Positions 10,601-20,997 are shown, counted from the first letter of the stretch. The stretch: 56,251 nucleotides of DNA from an uncultured Clostridia bacterium (GCA_944345365.1 CALVMJ010000005.1:1-56251), one strand, 5' to 3'. The notes: generated by a model not told the origin, from the letters alone. Translations and numbers: made by a program.

Positions 10601-13600
10601 TTTACAATTCCCTAGCGCTTACCAAATTGTCAACCTTACTTCTGATGCATCGCTCCTACAAGTTGGCTATCAGGATTCAGAGTCCGACATTGTTCCATTA
10701 ATCAGTGCCGACAGCCCTGCTTATGAAATTACAATCAGTGACGACAGCCCTGCTTATGATGGTGCAAACGAAGGACAAAAAATAAAGTATGCTTATTATC
10801 AGCCAACAAGCTTAAACAAAAAACTTTACATATCATTTTTACCAAGGATTGAAAATGATGGCAAAGTGACACAAGTAGAGTCGGTTAACATTAAATTCTA
10901 TCCTTATGAAACAAAACCTCTTTCTTATTTTGATACTTCGACAGGAAAAATCAAGTTTAATTATCACCGAACTCTTTCTCAATCACCTACAATTGATTAC
11001 AACATCTACGAGTGGAAAGATGACATTTCAACAGCACAACTGACTTATGAACTTAATATCATTAATAATGTGACAGCAGAGGGAAAATATGTTATAACAA
11101 GGACCTATAAGCTTAACGGAGAAGGTGAAACTCAATACTCCATTGACAAATATGACTATTATCAAAGAGTTTTAACCGTTTATGTTGATCGCGAAAATGT
11201 TATATCAGAACCTGATGTTATAAACGCAAAAGTGTTGACATACCAAGCAACAATAGATGAAGAGGAAGTCACCTTTAAAACAGCAGGAAGCGTTTTGGTT
11301 TCTAGCGCTATATTAGATGGCGCCAACTATTATGCAAAAGCTAGCCTCAAAAACGGAAAAACGGTTAACACAACAGATCTAAGTGTTTCTGAATATAATT
11401 CAAGCTATTATTATTCCTTTTCTGATGAAATATCTAAAATAAGCCTGTTTAACTCATCAGGCGAAATCCCTCTTGAATCTCCAACAATAGAAAATGAGAA
11501 CTCAACTCAAAGTATTGTTGGCAATGGAATTTTGGTGAGTGTTTTTGCAGGAGACAGTTCATCTGTTGAATATCCAAATTATAAGGACAGCCAAGACGGA
11601 TTAACTGCACTTAACTCGGGCTACACATTCTACACCACGTCACAATCCTACACTGGCTCTTCTACACCAGTTACAACAAATCCGGTTTTCACGACTAACA
11701 AAATCCCTTTTGCGATAAATATTCCAGAATTTAAATATTCCTTGCAGGCAAAAAAATCTGATTCAGAAGAATTTGAAATCTCAAATGATTCTTCACTTTC
11801 ATATTTCAGAGAAGGCTTTGAATTGGATTACTATAAACTCAGTGCAAAGGTTTATCTTGAAGGAAAACTTATTGCACAAAGTGACGGGGCAGAAAAAGGA
11901 TTCTTAACCTTTAAAAGTACAGCTAATAATTCTCCTATACAAGATTTCACAGAGCCGGGAAATTATGTGGTGGTTGTAACGCAGGCAGAAAATTCAATTT
12001 CTTCTTCATTAAATGAAAATTCTTTTAGAAATTGTTACACATTTTCGTTTATAGTTGAAAGTGCTGTGCCTGAGTTTACAATTTCTGCTGATGGCAAAGA
12101 GTTAGAGGGAACAGACAACACTCTTTACACAAATAACGACGAAATTGAGATCACCTGGATTGATTCTGATGACCCACTTAAAACAAATATAGATGAGAAA
12201 AACATTTTACTTAATATAAACAACAATAATTACACTATTTCCATTAATAAATCAGGCAATTCTGTCGAAATTTTAGAAGATGACTCTGGATTAAATTTAA
12301 CTGCCTTCAAGTTCAAAAGCGTTGATTTAACAAATATTTTGACAATCAACCTCGAAACGCTTGGAATATATGAATTAGACCAAGAATTAAACGTTACAAT
12401 GAAATTTAAGTCACCAGCAGGAAATAATCTCTATCCAGATTCAAGCAAGAAGGTTGTTGTGGACACGACTATTTATGATATTTCCACAAATTCAAATGGT
12501 GATAAAACCTACACAACTACACTTGACAAACTTTTTGAAAACATTGCAAACCTAGACTATTCACTTTCATTAAATACTCTAAGACAAGGTTTTGATTCAA
12601 ATGGTGTAATAACAGAAATTCTTGAAAAAACATCTTATTCTGGAACAATTCAATCAGGATTTTATAAGTACTACTCCTTCCCTGTAAACAAAAGTTTCTT
12701 TGAAAATCTTCTTGAAAAAACACAATTAAACAAAACATCGAATTTAAAAGGAACAACAAGTGTTTATTACAGGCAAATAGATAACATTTACTCAGGGGAT
12801 TTTACTGAAACATCTTACTCAAACTTCTTCCCAAGCAATCCTGATTTTAAAGAATTAACTTTAAGTCAAAATATTGAAATTGGATATTATTACGAAATAA
12901 TTGAAAAAGATTATGCCGGCAACCTAATTATATACCTTGTTTCATGTTTCCAAGATAATGGAAGCAAGAATGGATTAGGGGTAACAAACCCAAGCCTAGC
13001 TGTTACAAATGATGAGATCAAGTCGAATAAATACAATATATATGGCTCGACCTCCCTGACCTTTAAAGAATTTTCATTCCTTGAAGACAAATGGAATTTT
13101 ATAAGGCTTGACGGTAACACAAGATTTGTTGCATCTCCTTGGCTTAATGGACAAGTGTTAAACCTTTCAACCGGAGAAATTGTGGATATATCGAATATGT
13201 TGCCAAAAGCCTCATTAACAAAAAATGTTTTGGAAATTTCCGACAGATCGAGCAATCAGTTCTACAAGGTTTACATCGCAAGATCAAACACTTCATCCCT
13301 CTCGGTGAAGAATTACTCTGACAGCGTTGAAGGAATTTCAATTTCAATCCCAAGTGACGACATTGTTTCTGGATTACAAATAAAGACCTTCCCAGTTAAG
13401 GTTCAAATTGAAACATCATTTGGAGGCGAGGCCTCTGTACCATATGAACCTTTTGTAAATGATCCTAACGAAAATCTTTTCACAGAAGGTTATAATTATC
13501 AAAATGCTTGGAATGTTTCAAGGCAAGGATATGTTGCACAGTTTGATCCTACGACCTCAACTTTAAACATTTTCTTCACAACCAATCCAGCTATAAACAC

Positions 13601-15917
13601 AAAAATAAAATACATTATTACCGACAATTTTGGAAAAGAAACAAATGTGATTCATATTTCTGGAACCAGCTTCACTGAATCCATAGATAAAATAGGAAAT
13701 GTCTATGAATCATTTGATAGCGAAGGAAATCTCTATTATCGCACTCAAGAAGCTTTTGCATATAATATCAATCCAAGCGTGTTTAGGGCAGAGATATACT
13801 CAAACGGCGTTAAAATTGAAGTAGAAGAGTATTTAGCTAACAATATTAGTTATTCAACAGATTCTCAAAGAACTCGATACGAATTCTTCTGTGGTGAAAA
13901 GCAAATTGACAAAAAATTTGAAATAAAAGTTTTTGACCAAGAAACAGATGATTATGTGAAATCTATTTATGTTCACCTGTATAAAATGCTACCTACACTT
14001 GACGGGACTGAAAAAATAGTAAGATTTATCGACGAAAATGCAAACGACCTAAAAGAAGATTTTTCTTCGACAGAGCAAGTGGTAATAGACGGAGTTCAAT
14101 ATACTGCAAGAAAAGCGACAACTTTTGCAACAATAGTAAACGTCTACTACGATCCATCTCCAACAGAAATACCTTATGTAGCATATATTTATAAGGTTGG
14201 AGGAGAAGAATCATTTGTCCCAATTGACAGTGGTTACAAAATTCAAGGAAGTGGAACTTACTATTTGATGTTTAAATATAATGCCGGAAACATCTTTACA
14301 AACGAATATGTTCTATACAAGCTTGAAATCTTGGATTCATCAACAACATTCTTCTTTGTGACGGTTGATGGAAACATAGTGCCTGCTCAAAGTAATTACT
14401 ACACTGCTCCAGATGGAACGCAATATTCAAATTATTTTATCGTAAATGTTCCATACTCAGAAAATTCAAGGGTAAAACTAGAAAGAAACGGATATCAGCA
14501 AGTGAAACTTGTTGGTAATGAACCACCAATAATTTCACAAGATGTAACAACAATAATTTATCATCTATCAAACAAAGACGGAGGCTCCTATCCTTCAAAT
14601 GTTTCACCTTATTCCGACTACGTTGTAATTTCCTATGTCCCAAGAACTCTGCAACCGGTGAAAGAAATCCTCTACATAAGTGCAACAGGAGAACAAGAGT
14701 TTATCACAAATCGAGATTCTGTGATGGTTGTTTCAGAAAAAGAATCTAATTTTAATAAATTAAAAATCAGATGGAGCAAGTATTATGGAATTAAGCAAAA
14801 CTTAATCGCTATAACAGCAGAAAAAGACGGTTATAATTACTCCTTGCCAGTTTATTATGAAGAAAACCATGCCTACACCGAATTAGATATTTCAGGAACT
14901 TATAAATTAACATTTATGGACGCTTCCGGAAATATCCAAAATTTTGGCTCAAAGAGTTATTTGGAAGTAGTATTCTTAAAAGATGTTCATTTTACAATGG
15001 AATACAGCGACTTAGAAGGAAATTTAATAGAGACAGAGGCAATTGACAAAGGAATTTTTAACAGTGAGTTAAAATTAAAATTAAAAAACATTGGAGAATA
15101 TTACACTACTTCTTCTGTCGGAATAGGAGAAAATATTATAACTGCAACTCGAAATGGATTGCCATATGAAGGCTACATTTACGATAAACAAACATCTGCA
15201 TTTATATTTAAAGAAGTTGGATACTACCAAGTTTACTTCTCGGCGACAGCTCTAAATGAAACAGCTGTCAGAGAGCAAGTCTACTCTTTCACAATAATTA
15301 ATAAAAATGAGTCGAGATATGCATTTGAATATTCTGATTTTGCAAATTATTATATCGAGAAGGTTTTGTTTGATAATGGTGTAAGGGTTGAAGATAAAAC
15401 AGAGCTAAAAGGATCTTCATTATTAGTTTCTTACTTTAACGAAACACCAACTTCTGGCCTATGGACAATAACAATCAATACTAATGAAAAATTAACACCA
15501 GGAAGCGATGAACCAACGAGATTTACATTCAGTTTCTTAATTCGAATGGCAAAACCTCCAATTAATATTTCAGTTGCAGAGGGAAGCACTACAACAGATG
15601 TAATTAATGTTTCATTTAATGCAGAAAATATTTATAATGCTGTTGGAGATTGCATCATAACTGTTGGAAGAGAGAAATATGCTATCAATGAAAGCACCAT
15701 TGCAGAAATTGGAATAAAGACAATTTCAATAACAAATGCAGGGACTTATTATATTCAAGTAACAACAGAGAGTGGAAATTTGATTTACAGTTACAAAGTA
15801 ATCAAAAAAGATCCTCTTAACGGTTGGGCAATAGCAGCTATAGTAATAAGCTCAGTCGTTGCAGTAGTTATTGTAATCATAGTCATTAAATTAAGAAAAA
15901 GAATAAAAGTTAAATAA
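7635..15917 (+). CDS. Giant secreted, membrane-anchored surface protein with Ig-like beta repeats (putative adhesin)
   Basis: GAGGTG RBS before ATG 7635; signal peptide; many GxY(hydrophobic) and DxAGN motifs; C-terminal TM plus KLRKRIKVK. Confidence 0.8.
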   Translation: MSKVKKILSLSFMGLASVCVLSGSAFLFGTDKSNQTEISSADVSSQINNNVRDYFEAKWKKTAGTGTETEIKNLIATNSPVALFASTDSDFVNLRFTTEDIKIIEEPTGTKGPFHYNPDGDDSNDEWYAFNFDGFSIKHNDNALSVGETNASYITTQTAETDYYESFMTQAFDLDIKLNSTIENASVNGNTLTVKDEGVYEITIPYSLYYTNDNGNSFTSSSETLTYTFMIFKHSTYLQDSLNKPRVETAEFDIVNISNDSESVDTYYYHNYQSANLGYIKFDATKFDLTITKKYGFDSITEKIEFDSQAFENDNNYFVAKYQNSKIFKLSFDKSTKFCTVYFTDIGEYTLNFDLVYSHSNKKYVLPTSVKTQKAYLFGYQSTYTVYDSNTKQNSYPEFKSIDENFNVTKSADITSKVTGEDFSSTTLEGIINDEDLALTPVSTNQTPVKFNENANLSSATLYKVTRGGEALSLDGGTQINASKNISSAGTYLVVFEYSFNEYRDRNGLINASKRFHQVFYFNINNATPTVNVYASDSTPSGETPSLASGQYTNKNVYVESIYEENEFNSDVIIKIEKYDFEEKTTTTSDLSDYSKDGDYFVFTENGNYTIKIYFGRQGINGTPITRRFNIDKTDIKDVKGYSVESAGGSFYKTSSEITTLTNQPIIFSWQQEKQSGASVTGYYRYYPINKTTNLTSLSSNLSTYITNNLGIPVDYELNLSDVSWNYYENARGVENTSSISRSYIRESSGLYVLQVFDDAGNSAVKVFLVDKTSPNFVIKTTDSSNTDSYSFLTKNTTISEDAEIIWGENKIFKVNPSSTTGSLYQNKNDITDTKLKDALDAFKTDYFKTLNFFGSDTGLNGEYVNIKINKEILYSEKGSDFDFEEIYSKKIISSYSLYYTAVDGIFNYYFSTSNPEVYIKVDNPSAENAYENGTVIYKIDIVGELKEYVGNPDGNNYQSVYIMEGSFNFLLRDESNTMGSSLSDKEKYLQFPSAYQIVNLTSDASLLQVGYQDSESDIVPLISADSPAYEITISDDSPAYDGANEGQKIKYAYYQPTSLNKKLYISFLPRIENDGKVTQVESVNIKFYPYETKPLSYFDTSTGKIKFNYHRTLSQSPTIDYNIYEWKDDISTAQLTYELNIINNVTAEGKYVITRTYKLNGEGETQYSIDKYDYYQRVLTVYVDRENVISEPDVINAKVLTYQATIDEEEVTFKTAGSVLVSSAILDGANYYAKASLKNGKTVNTTDLSVSEYNSSYYYSFSDEISKISLFNSSGEIPLESPTIENENSTQSIVGNGILVSVFAGDSSSVEYPNYKDSQDGLTALNSGYTFYTTSQSYTGSSTPVTTNPVFTTNKIPFAINIPEFKYSLQAKKSDSEEFEISNDSSLSYFREGFELDYYKLSAKVYLEGKLIAQSDGAEKGFLTFKSTANNSPIQDFTEPGNYVVVVTQAENSISSSLNENSFRNCYTFSFIVESAVPEFTISADGKELEGTDNTLYTNNDEIEITWIDSDDPLKTNIDEKNILLNINNNNYTISINKSGNSVEILEDDSGLNLTAFKFKSVDLTNILTINLETLGIYELDQELNVTMKFKSPAGNNLYPDSSKKVVVDTTIYDISTNSNGDKTYTTTLDKLFENIANLDYSLSLNTLRQGFDSNGVITEILEKTSYSGTIQSGFYKYYSFPVNKSFFENLLEKTQLNKTSNLKGTTSVYYRQIDNIYSGDFTETSYSNFFPSNPDFKELTLSQNIEIGYYYEIIEKDYAGNLIIYLVSCFQDNGSKNGLGVTNPSLAVTNDEIKSNKYNIYGSTSLTFKEFSFLEDKWNFIRLDGNTRFVASPWLNGQVLNLSTGEIVDISNMLPKASLTKNVLEISDRSSNQFYKVYIARSNTSSLSVKNYSDSVEGISISIPSDDIVSGLQIKTFPVKVQIETSFGGEASVPYEPFVNDPNENLFTEGYNYQNAWNVSRQGYVAQFDPTTSTLNIFFTTNPAINTKIKYIITDNFGKETNVIHISGTSFTESIDKIGNVYESFDSEGNLYYRTQEAFAYNINPSVFRAEIYSNGVKIEVEEYLANNISYSTDSQRTRYEFFCGEKQIDKKFEIKVFDQETDDYVKSIYVHLYKMLPTLDGTEKIVRFIDENANDLKEDFSSTEQVVIDGVQYTARKATTFATIVNVYYDPSPTEIPYVAYIYKVGGEESFVPIDSGYKIQGSGTYYLMFKYNAGNIFTNEYVLYKLEILDSSTTFFFVTVDGNIVPAQSNYYTAPDGTQYSNYFIVNVPYSENSRVKLERNGYQQVKLVGNEPPIISQDVTTIIYHLSNKDGGSYPSNVSPYSDYVVISYVPRTLQPVKEILYISATGEQEFITNRDSVMVVSEKESNFNKLKIRWSKYYGIKQNLIAITAEKDGYNYSLPVYYEENHAYTELDISGTYKLTFMDASGNIQNFGSKSYLEVVFLKDVHFTMEYSDLEGNLIETEAIDKGIFNSELKLKLKNIGEYYTTSSVGIGENIITATRNGLPYEGYIYDKQTSAFIFKEVGYYQVYFSATALNETAVREQVYSFTIINKNESRYAFEYSDFANYYIEKVLFDNGVRVEDKTELKGSSLLVSYFNETPTSGLWTITINTNEKLTPGSDEPTRFTFSFLIRMAKPPINISVAEGSTTTDVINVSFNAENIYNAVGDCIITVGREKYAINESTIAEIGIKTISITNAGTYYIQVTTESGNLIYSYKVIKKDPLNGWAIAAIVISSVVAVVIVIIVIKLRKRIKVK

Positions 15918-15919
15918 AT

Positions 15920-15957
15920 AAAAAAACAACTTCAAAGATTTTGGAGTTGTTTTTTTT
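15920..15957 (+). terminator. Intrinsic terminator, likely bidirectional
   Basis: A run-CAACTTCAAAGATTTTGGAGTTG-T run. Confidence 0.7.
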
Positions 15958-16038
15958 AGTTTCTTCATAAATAAAGTAATCTAAATAAAACAAATTTTTA
16001 AAAACTAAAAAAATATGCTTAAATTAAGCATATTTTTT

Positions 16039-16722
16039 TTACATTGTTGTTAAAACTTTAACACCAGGTCCCATTGATGATGAAAGTGCAATATTTTTAA
16101 AGTATTGACCTTTCGCCGCAGCAGGTTTTGCTTTTATAAGAGCTTCAATAACTGTGTTATAATTGTCTTGAATTTTTTCCTTACCAAAGCTTGCTTTTCC
16201 CAAAATTACATGGACATTGTTTGTTTTATCAAGTCTGTATTCCACTTTACCTGCTTTAACATCAGCTATTGCCTTCTTAACATCCATTGTAACTGTTCCA
16301 CTCTTAGGATTTGGCATAAGTCCTTTTGGTCCCAAAACTCTGGCAATTCTACCAACAAGTCCCATCATATCAGGTGTTGTGATAGCAACATCAAAGTCTA
16401 GCCATCCACCTTGTATTTTTGCTATGATCTCTTCTGCTCCAACATAATCTGCACCAGCTTTAACAGCTTCATCAGCCTTATCACCTTTTGCTATAACTAA
16501 AACTTTAACAGATTTTCCCGTTCCGTGTGGAAGAACAACAACGCCTCTCACCTGTTGATCAGCATTTCTTCCATCAACTCCAAGCTTGACATGAAGTTCG
16601 ATTGTTTCATCAAACTTTGCATTTGCTGTTGAAAGAACAGTCTCAATCGCTTCTAATGGAGAATAAGCTTTAAGCTTATCAAATGATTTAACTAAACCAT
16701 TATATCTCTTTCCGTGTCTCAT
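16039..16722 (-). CDS. rplA: 50S ribosomal protein L1
   Basis: [28 protein letters not shown]. Confidence 0.98.
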   Translation of the reverse strand: MRHGKRYNGLVKSFDKLKAYSPLEAIETVLSTANAKFDETIELHVKLGVDGRNADQQVRGVVVLPHGTGKSVKVLVIAKGDKADEAVKAGADYVGAEEIIAKIQGGWLDFDVAITTPDMMGLVGRIARVLGPKGLMPNPKSGTVTMDVKKAIADVKAGKVEYRLDKTNNVHVILGKASFGKEKIQDNYNTVIEALIKAKPAAAKGQYFKNIALSSSMGPGVKVLTTM

Positions 16723-16732
16723 ATCGTCCTCC

Positions 16733-17164
16733 TTACTCTTCCACAGTAACGCCCATGCTTCTTGCTGTTCCTGCTACCATGGACATAGCTGCTTCGATAG
16801 AACCCGCATTAAGATCCGGCATTTTTAATTCCGCAATTTCTTTTACCTGAGCTTTTGTAAGTTTTCCGACTTTTGTTTTGTTTGGCTTCCCTGACCCTGA
16901 CTCAATTCCAAGCGCCTTTTTAATTAACACTGGAACTGGAGGTGTCTTTAAAATGAAGCTAAATGACCTGTCTTGATAAATTGTTATCACAACAGGGATG
17001 ATAAGCCCAACTTTATCAGCTGTCTTATCGTTAAATTCCTTGGTAAACGCCGCAATATTGATCCCGTGAGGTCCAAGAGATGATCCTACTGGTGGTCCAG
17101 GTGTGGCTTTACCGGCTGGAAGTTGTAATTTTACAACTGCGCCAATTTTCTTTACTACTGCCAT
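16733..17164 (-). CDS. rplK: 50S ribosomal protein L11
   Basis: [16 protein letters not shown]...GTARSMG; AGGAGG RBS before ATG 17164. Confidence 0.98.
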   Translation of the reverse strand: MAVVKKIGAVVKLQLPAGKATPGPPVGSSLGPHGINIAAFTKEFNDKTADKVGLIIPVVITIYQDRSFSFILKTPPVPVLIKKALGIESGSGKPNKTKVGKLTKAQVKEIAELKMPDLNAGSIEAAMSMVAGTARSMGVTVEE

Positions 17165-17178
17165 TTTTATCCTCCTTT

Positions 17179-17212
17179 GTGGTATCCGAGCGATGCAGTT
17201 TCGCTCTCCCAC
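17179..17212 (-). promoter_or_regulatory. L1-binding autoregulatory leader of rplK-rplA
   Basis: GTGGGAG-hairpin-ATACCAC immediately 5' of the rplK RBS. Confidence 0.7.
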
Positions 17213-17266
17213 TATTTTTTTTGAGCTTAGCTCTTTATATAAAGTGAAAAATTCACGATATACCTT

Positions 17267-17866
17267 TTATAGTTTAATTTTTCTGATTTGTGCAAAATCT
17301 AATTCAATAGATGTAAGTCTTCCAAACATTTCAACTTCTATTGTTGCAACGCTTGCCTCTGGGTTAACAGAAATAACCTTTCCAACAGTTCCTTCAAGTG
17401 GACCATCAACTACTTCAATGTTATCACCAACAGCAAGGTCGACTTCTATAATGATTTTTTCCAATTTGTTCTTTCTAACTTCGTCCTCTGTGAGTGCAAG
17501 TGGTCTTCCATTAGGGCCAACAAAACCTGTTACACCACGAGTTCTTGTAACGTTATGCCAAAGGTCATCTCCATAAATCATTTTTACGAAGATATAGCAA
17601 GGCATACTCTTTCTTTCAACGAGTTTTTTCTTGCCATTTTTCTCCTCTAAAACAGTTTCCATAGGAATAATAATATCAAATATTCTGTTTTCAAGTCCAA
17701 ACTTTGTCCTAACTGTTTCAAGATTTTCCTTTGCCACATTTTCATACCCAGAAAATGTGTGAAGAGCATACCATTTTGCTTCTGGGCTTTTTGAAGCATC
17801 TTCTACCCCAAGATCTTGTGTGTTTTCCTTTTCGCTTAAATCTTTTTCAAATTCTTTCTCTTCCAC
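17267..17866 (-). CDS. nusG: Transcription termination/antitermination factor NusG
   Basis: WYALHTFSGYE, TRGVTGFVG, KOW motif, MFGR. Confidence 0.97.
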   Translation of the reverse strand: MEEKEFEKDLSEKENTQDLGVEDASKSPEAKWYALHTFSGYENVAKENLETVRTKFGLENRIFDIIIPMETVLEEKNGKKKLVERKSMPCYIFVKMIYGDDLWHNVTRTRGVTGFVGPNGRPLALTEDEVRKNKLEKIIIEVDLAVGDNIEVVDGPLEGTVGKVISVNPEASVATIEVEMFGRLTSIELDFAQIRKIKL

Positions 17867-17878
17867 TTTAACACCCCT

Positions 17879-18196
17879 TTATTTAAGTAATCCAAAAAGT
17901 AATCCAAGAAGATAGTCTATTCCAAGTAATATAAGTCCAAAGATTAAAACAACAACTAAAACAACTCCGGTCTTCTTGCTAACTTCCTTAAATTTAGGCC
18001 AAGTTACTTTTTTTAACTCCGATGTCGTTTCTTTAACAGTTTTCTTAATTCGACCTTTCCTCTCCTTGTTCTTTTCTTTCTTCTTCTTTTCTAGTTTTTT
18101 TGAAGATTTTTCCTTTGAAACAGAAACAGGCGATGTTGCTACACCGTCCTTTTTTTCCTCTTTTACACCTTTATTCAAGGAATCTTTTTTTGCCAT
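17879..18196 (-). CDS. secE: Preprotein translocase subunit SecE
   Basis: SELKKVTWP plus C-terminal TM; located between rpmG and nusG. Confidence 0.95.
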   Translation of the reverse strand: MAKKDSLNKGVKEEKKDGVATSPVSVSKEKSSKKLEKKKKEKNKERKGRIKKTVKETTSELKKVTWPKFKEVSKKTGVVLVVVLIFGLILLGIDYLLGLLFGLLK

Positions 18197-18238
18197 ACGC
18201 CCTCCGAAAAAAATCTACAAATCAAAAAAACAAACAAA

Positions 18239-18400
18239 TTACTTTGTTTCTTTATGAACTGTTCTCTTACCACAACGAGCACAGAATTTTTTTATTTCAA
18301 TTCTCTCTGGATTTGATGTGGAATTTTTTGATGTTGCATAATTTCTCTCTTGACATTCTGTGCAAGCAAGTATTATGTGTTTGCGTTTTGGTGCTGCCAT
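18239..18400 (-). CDS. rpmG: 50S ribosomal protein L33 (Zn-ribbon type), absent from the ORF track
   Basis: Hand translation [21 protein letters not shown]...[17 protein letters not shown], 53 aa. Confidence 0.95.
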   Translation of the reverse strand: MAAPKRKHIILACTECQERNYATSKNSTSNPERIEIKKFCARCGKRTVHKETK

Positions 18401-18497
18401 TTTTCCTCTCCTAACAAAAAACTAACACCCCAATCTGGAAGTGTTAGTTTATTCTAACACAATAACAAGTGTTTGTCAAGAGATTTACATTATTTTG

Positions 18498-18788
18498 TTA
18501 CACTTTTTTACTAAGAGTCTTGATATCTTTTGGCCCCACCATTGCGTCAACAATCATCGCAATCTCACCCTTTTTGCATGTTTTAATCAAGTCCTCTACT
18601 TTTGAAGGCAAATTAAAATCTAAATCATATTTTAAAACATAACAAAAATAAACTCTTAAAAGGTCTTTTGCAAACAGAAAAGCCTCTGTAAAATTATCTC
18701 CCTGTGTAGAAATATCGAGATCAGGAAACCTGACATTAATAATTCCTTCATCTTCAAAAAACAAAGCCGGATAAGCAAAATACTGCAT
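18498..18788 (-). CDS. HicB-family antitoxin-like protein
   Basis: YPALF...VRFPDL...TQGDNFTEA...AKDLL. Confidence 0.8.
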   Translation of the reverse strand: MQYFAYPALFFEDEGIINVRFPDLDISTQGDNFTEAFLFAKDLLRVYFCYVLKYDLDFNLPSKVEDLIKTCKKGEIAMIVDAMVGPKDIKTLSKKV

Positions 18789-18889
18789 TTTTTTCTCCTA
18801 TATAGAATTATATTATCACAAAACAAGCAAAATTCAAAACGATTTTATAAAAAACTTTGCTATAAAATATATTAAAAAAAGAGAGATTT

Positions 18890-19108
18890 TTATAAATCCC
18901 TCGAATCTCCCTTTTCACTTGCTTTGTTTTTAGCCCTAATTGCCATTGAATATATTTCGCTTGCCTTTAAATTTCCTTTTGGCTTTCCGTTAAAATTGAC
19001 TTGTTGATATTTTATCTCGCTTAAACCACCTGGAACAACCATTTCGCTAACCTTATAAGTTTTTCCATTAAAGGTTACTGCTGTTTGTATTTTATTTTGA
19101 AATTCCAT
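18890..19108 (-). CDS. Orphan hypothetical protein ending SRDL
   Basis: AAGGAG RBS; own promoter TTTACA-N17-TATTAT (19135-19163). Confidence 0.75.
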   Translation of the reverse strand: MEFQNKIQTAVTFNGKTYKVSEMVVPGGLSEIKYQQVNFNGKPKGNLKASEIYSMAIRAKNKASEKGDSRDL

Positions 19109-19224
19109 ATTTGCTTCTCCTTTTCAGTTGACTTATAATAGCACATTTTTTTTATTTTGTAAATACCTTTTTTAAAATTTTTTAAAATATTTTTTTATTC
19201 GGAAATTAAAGGCAAGCAGGCATT

Positions 19225-20988
19225 TTACATTCTGTCTGGAATATCAATTGCTAAAACATAAAGTGCCTGCACCAAAGCTTTCTTAACAAGCTCACAAAGT
19301 GATAAGTAACTCTTTTTTCTTTCAACCTTTTTTTCGTTTAATATGTGGTGATTATTATAGAATGTTGAAAAAGCACTAGCCAAATCATAACTTGCACTGC
19401 AAAGAGTGTTTAAAGAATTTTCTTTGTAGCAAACTTGATAAGCGCCAATAAGTTTTAACAGTGAAATCAAAATCTTTCTTTCTTCATCACTCTCTATTTT
19501 TATTTCTCCGCCTTGACAATTTGTTTTAGCCATAATTGAATTTATTCTAGCTACTGTGTATTGAATATAAGGCCCGGTTTTTCCCTCAAAAGACAAGAAT
19601 TTATCTAGGTCAAAGACATAATCTTTTGTGACTGTATTAGACAAATCTCCAAATCTCATTGCGCCAAGTCCGATTTTTAACGCAAGTTCCCTGCTCGGCT
19701 TCACCCCATTACTTCTTAACTTTTCACTAGCCTTTTCAATGAGTAAATTTACCACATCGGCAAGTTTAACGGTCGTGCCTTCCCTTGTTTTAAAAGGCTT
19801 CCCATCTTTGCCATTCATTGTTCCAAATCCAACGTGCAATAATTCTTGCTCTGCCGGTGAAATTCCTGCCATTTTACAAGCCCTAAAAACTCTTTCAAAA
19901 TGGCTTGACTGTCTTCCGTCGACAACATAAATAATTTCATCTAAATCCTTAATAGTTTCATTTCTCATAAGGATTGTTGCTATGTCAGTTGTTGCATAAA
20001 CATCTGCTCCATTCTGCTTTTTTAATATAACAGGGGGCATTGGGTTAAGAAGATATGGCTGTCCATTTTCGTCAAGCTTGTCCGAAGGCATGTTTTCCCC
20101 ATCTTTTGCAACATCAACTATTAAAGCCCCTTCACTTTCATAGGCAAGCTTTTTGTCCTCAAAAATTTTTATTGTCTTTTCAATGTAGGCTTCAGCGTCA
20201 CTTTCTCCTAAGAACAAATCAAAGTTTGCATTTAATTCGTTATAATTTTTTTCAATTTCTTTAACTGAAACCTCACGGATTTTTTTATAAGCAGAATAAT
20301 ATGGTTCCTTTTTTTGCTGAATATAAAGAGTTATTTCACTTGCCTTTTGCTTAAATTCCTCGTCAAAATTCTTTCTTTTACTAGCCTTTGGATAAGCAAT
20401 GTTAAGCATTTCAAGGGTGATAATGGGTTCTTTTCCTGCCCCTTTAAAATAGTAATCTAAAACCCCTTCCTCTTGTAATTGAGCAATAGTAAGCCCCATT
20501 TGAAGCCCCCAATCGCCAAGATGCGCATCTGCTATAACCTCATCTCCAAAAAGCTTATAAAGTCTGTTTAACGCCTCCCCTATTATCGGCGATCTTAGAT
20601 GTCCAACATGAAGCTCTTTTGCCACATTTGCTCCGCCATAATCCATAAGAACTTTCTTTCTTTTTTTATTCTTTTCCACTCCAACAAGGTTATCTTCTAA
20701 AAGCTCTTGTGCTTTTTTGGAAAGATATCCATTTTTTATTCTTATGTTTATAAACCCAGGATTTTCTGCACTAAATTCATACTTGGTGTTTTGAGGAATA
20801 TTATTAACAATCTCGGTCGCCAATTCCAAAGGTTTTTTTGAGTGCCTCTTTGAGATAGCAAAACAACTATTTGATTGAAAGTCGCTCAGTTCTGGTCTAT
20901 TAGAAAAACTAACAACGAAATCTTCACCATAACCCAAACTGCTTCCAACTTTCTTTAAAATTGATTCAACTTCACTTTGTAAATTCAT
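19225..20988 (-). CDS. argS: Arginine--tRNA ligase
   Basis: NVAKELHVGHLRS, HLGDWG, FKTREG, EGKTGPYIQY. Confidence 0.97.
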   Translation of the reverse strand: MNLQSEVESILKKVGSSLGYGEDFVVSFSNRPELSDFQSNSCFAISKRHSKKPLELATEIVNNIPQNTKYEFSAENPGFINIRIKNGYLSKKAQELLEDNLVGVEKNKKRKKVLMDYGGANVAKELHVGHLRSPIIGEALNRLYKLFGDEVIADAHLGDWGLQMGLTIAQLQEEGVLDYYFKGAGKEPIITLEMLNIAYPKASKRKNFDEEFKQKASEITLYIQQKKEPYYSAYKKIREVSVKEIEKNYNELNANFDLFLGESDAEAYIEKTIKIFEDKKLAYESEGALIVDVAKDGENMPSDKLDENGQPYLLNPMPPVILKKQNGADVYATTDIATILMRNETIKDLDEIIYVVDGRQSSHFERVFRACKMAGISPAEQELLHVGFGTMNGKDGKPFKTREGTTVKLADVVNLLIEKASEKLRSNGVKPSRELALKIGLGAMRFGDLSNTVTKDYVFDLDKFLSFEGKTGPYIQYTVARINSIMAKTNCQGGEIKIESDEERKILISLLKLIGAYQVCYKENSLNTLCSASYDLASAFSTFYNNHHILNEKKVERKKSYLSLCELVKKALVQALYVLAIDIPDRM

Positions 20989-20997
20989 TATTTCTCC

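Noticed and set aside
6703-15917. Genomic island integrated at tRNA-Ser
   Set aside because: No integrase, and I found no duplicated tRNA-Ser 3' end downstream.
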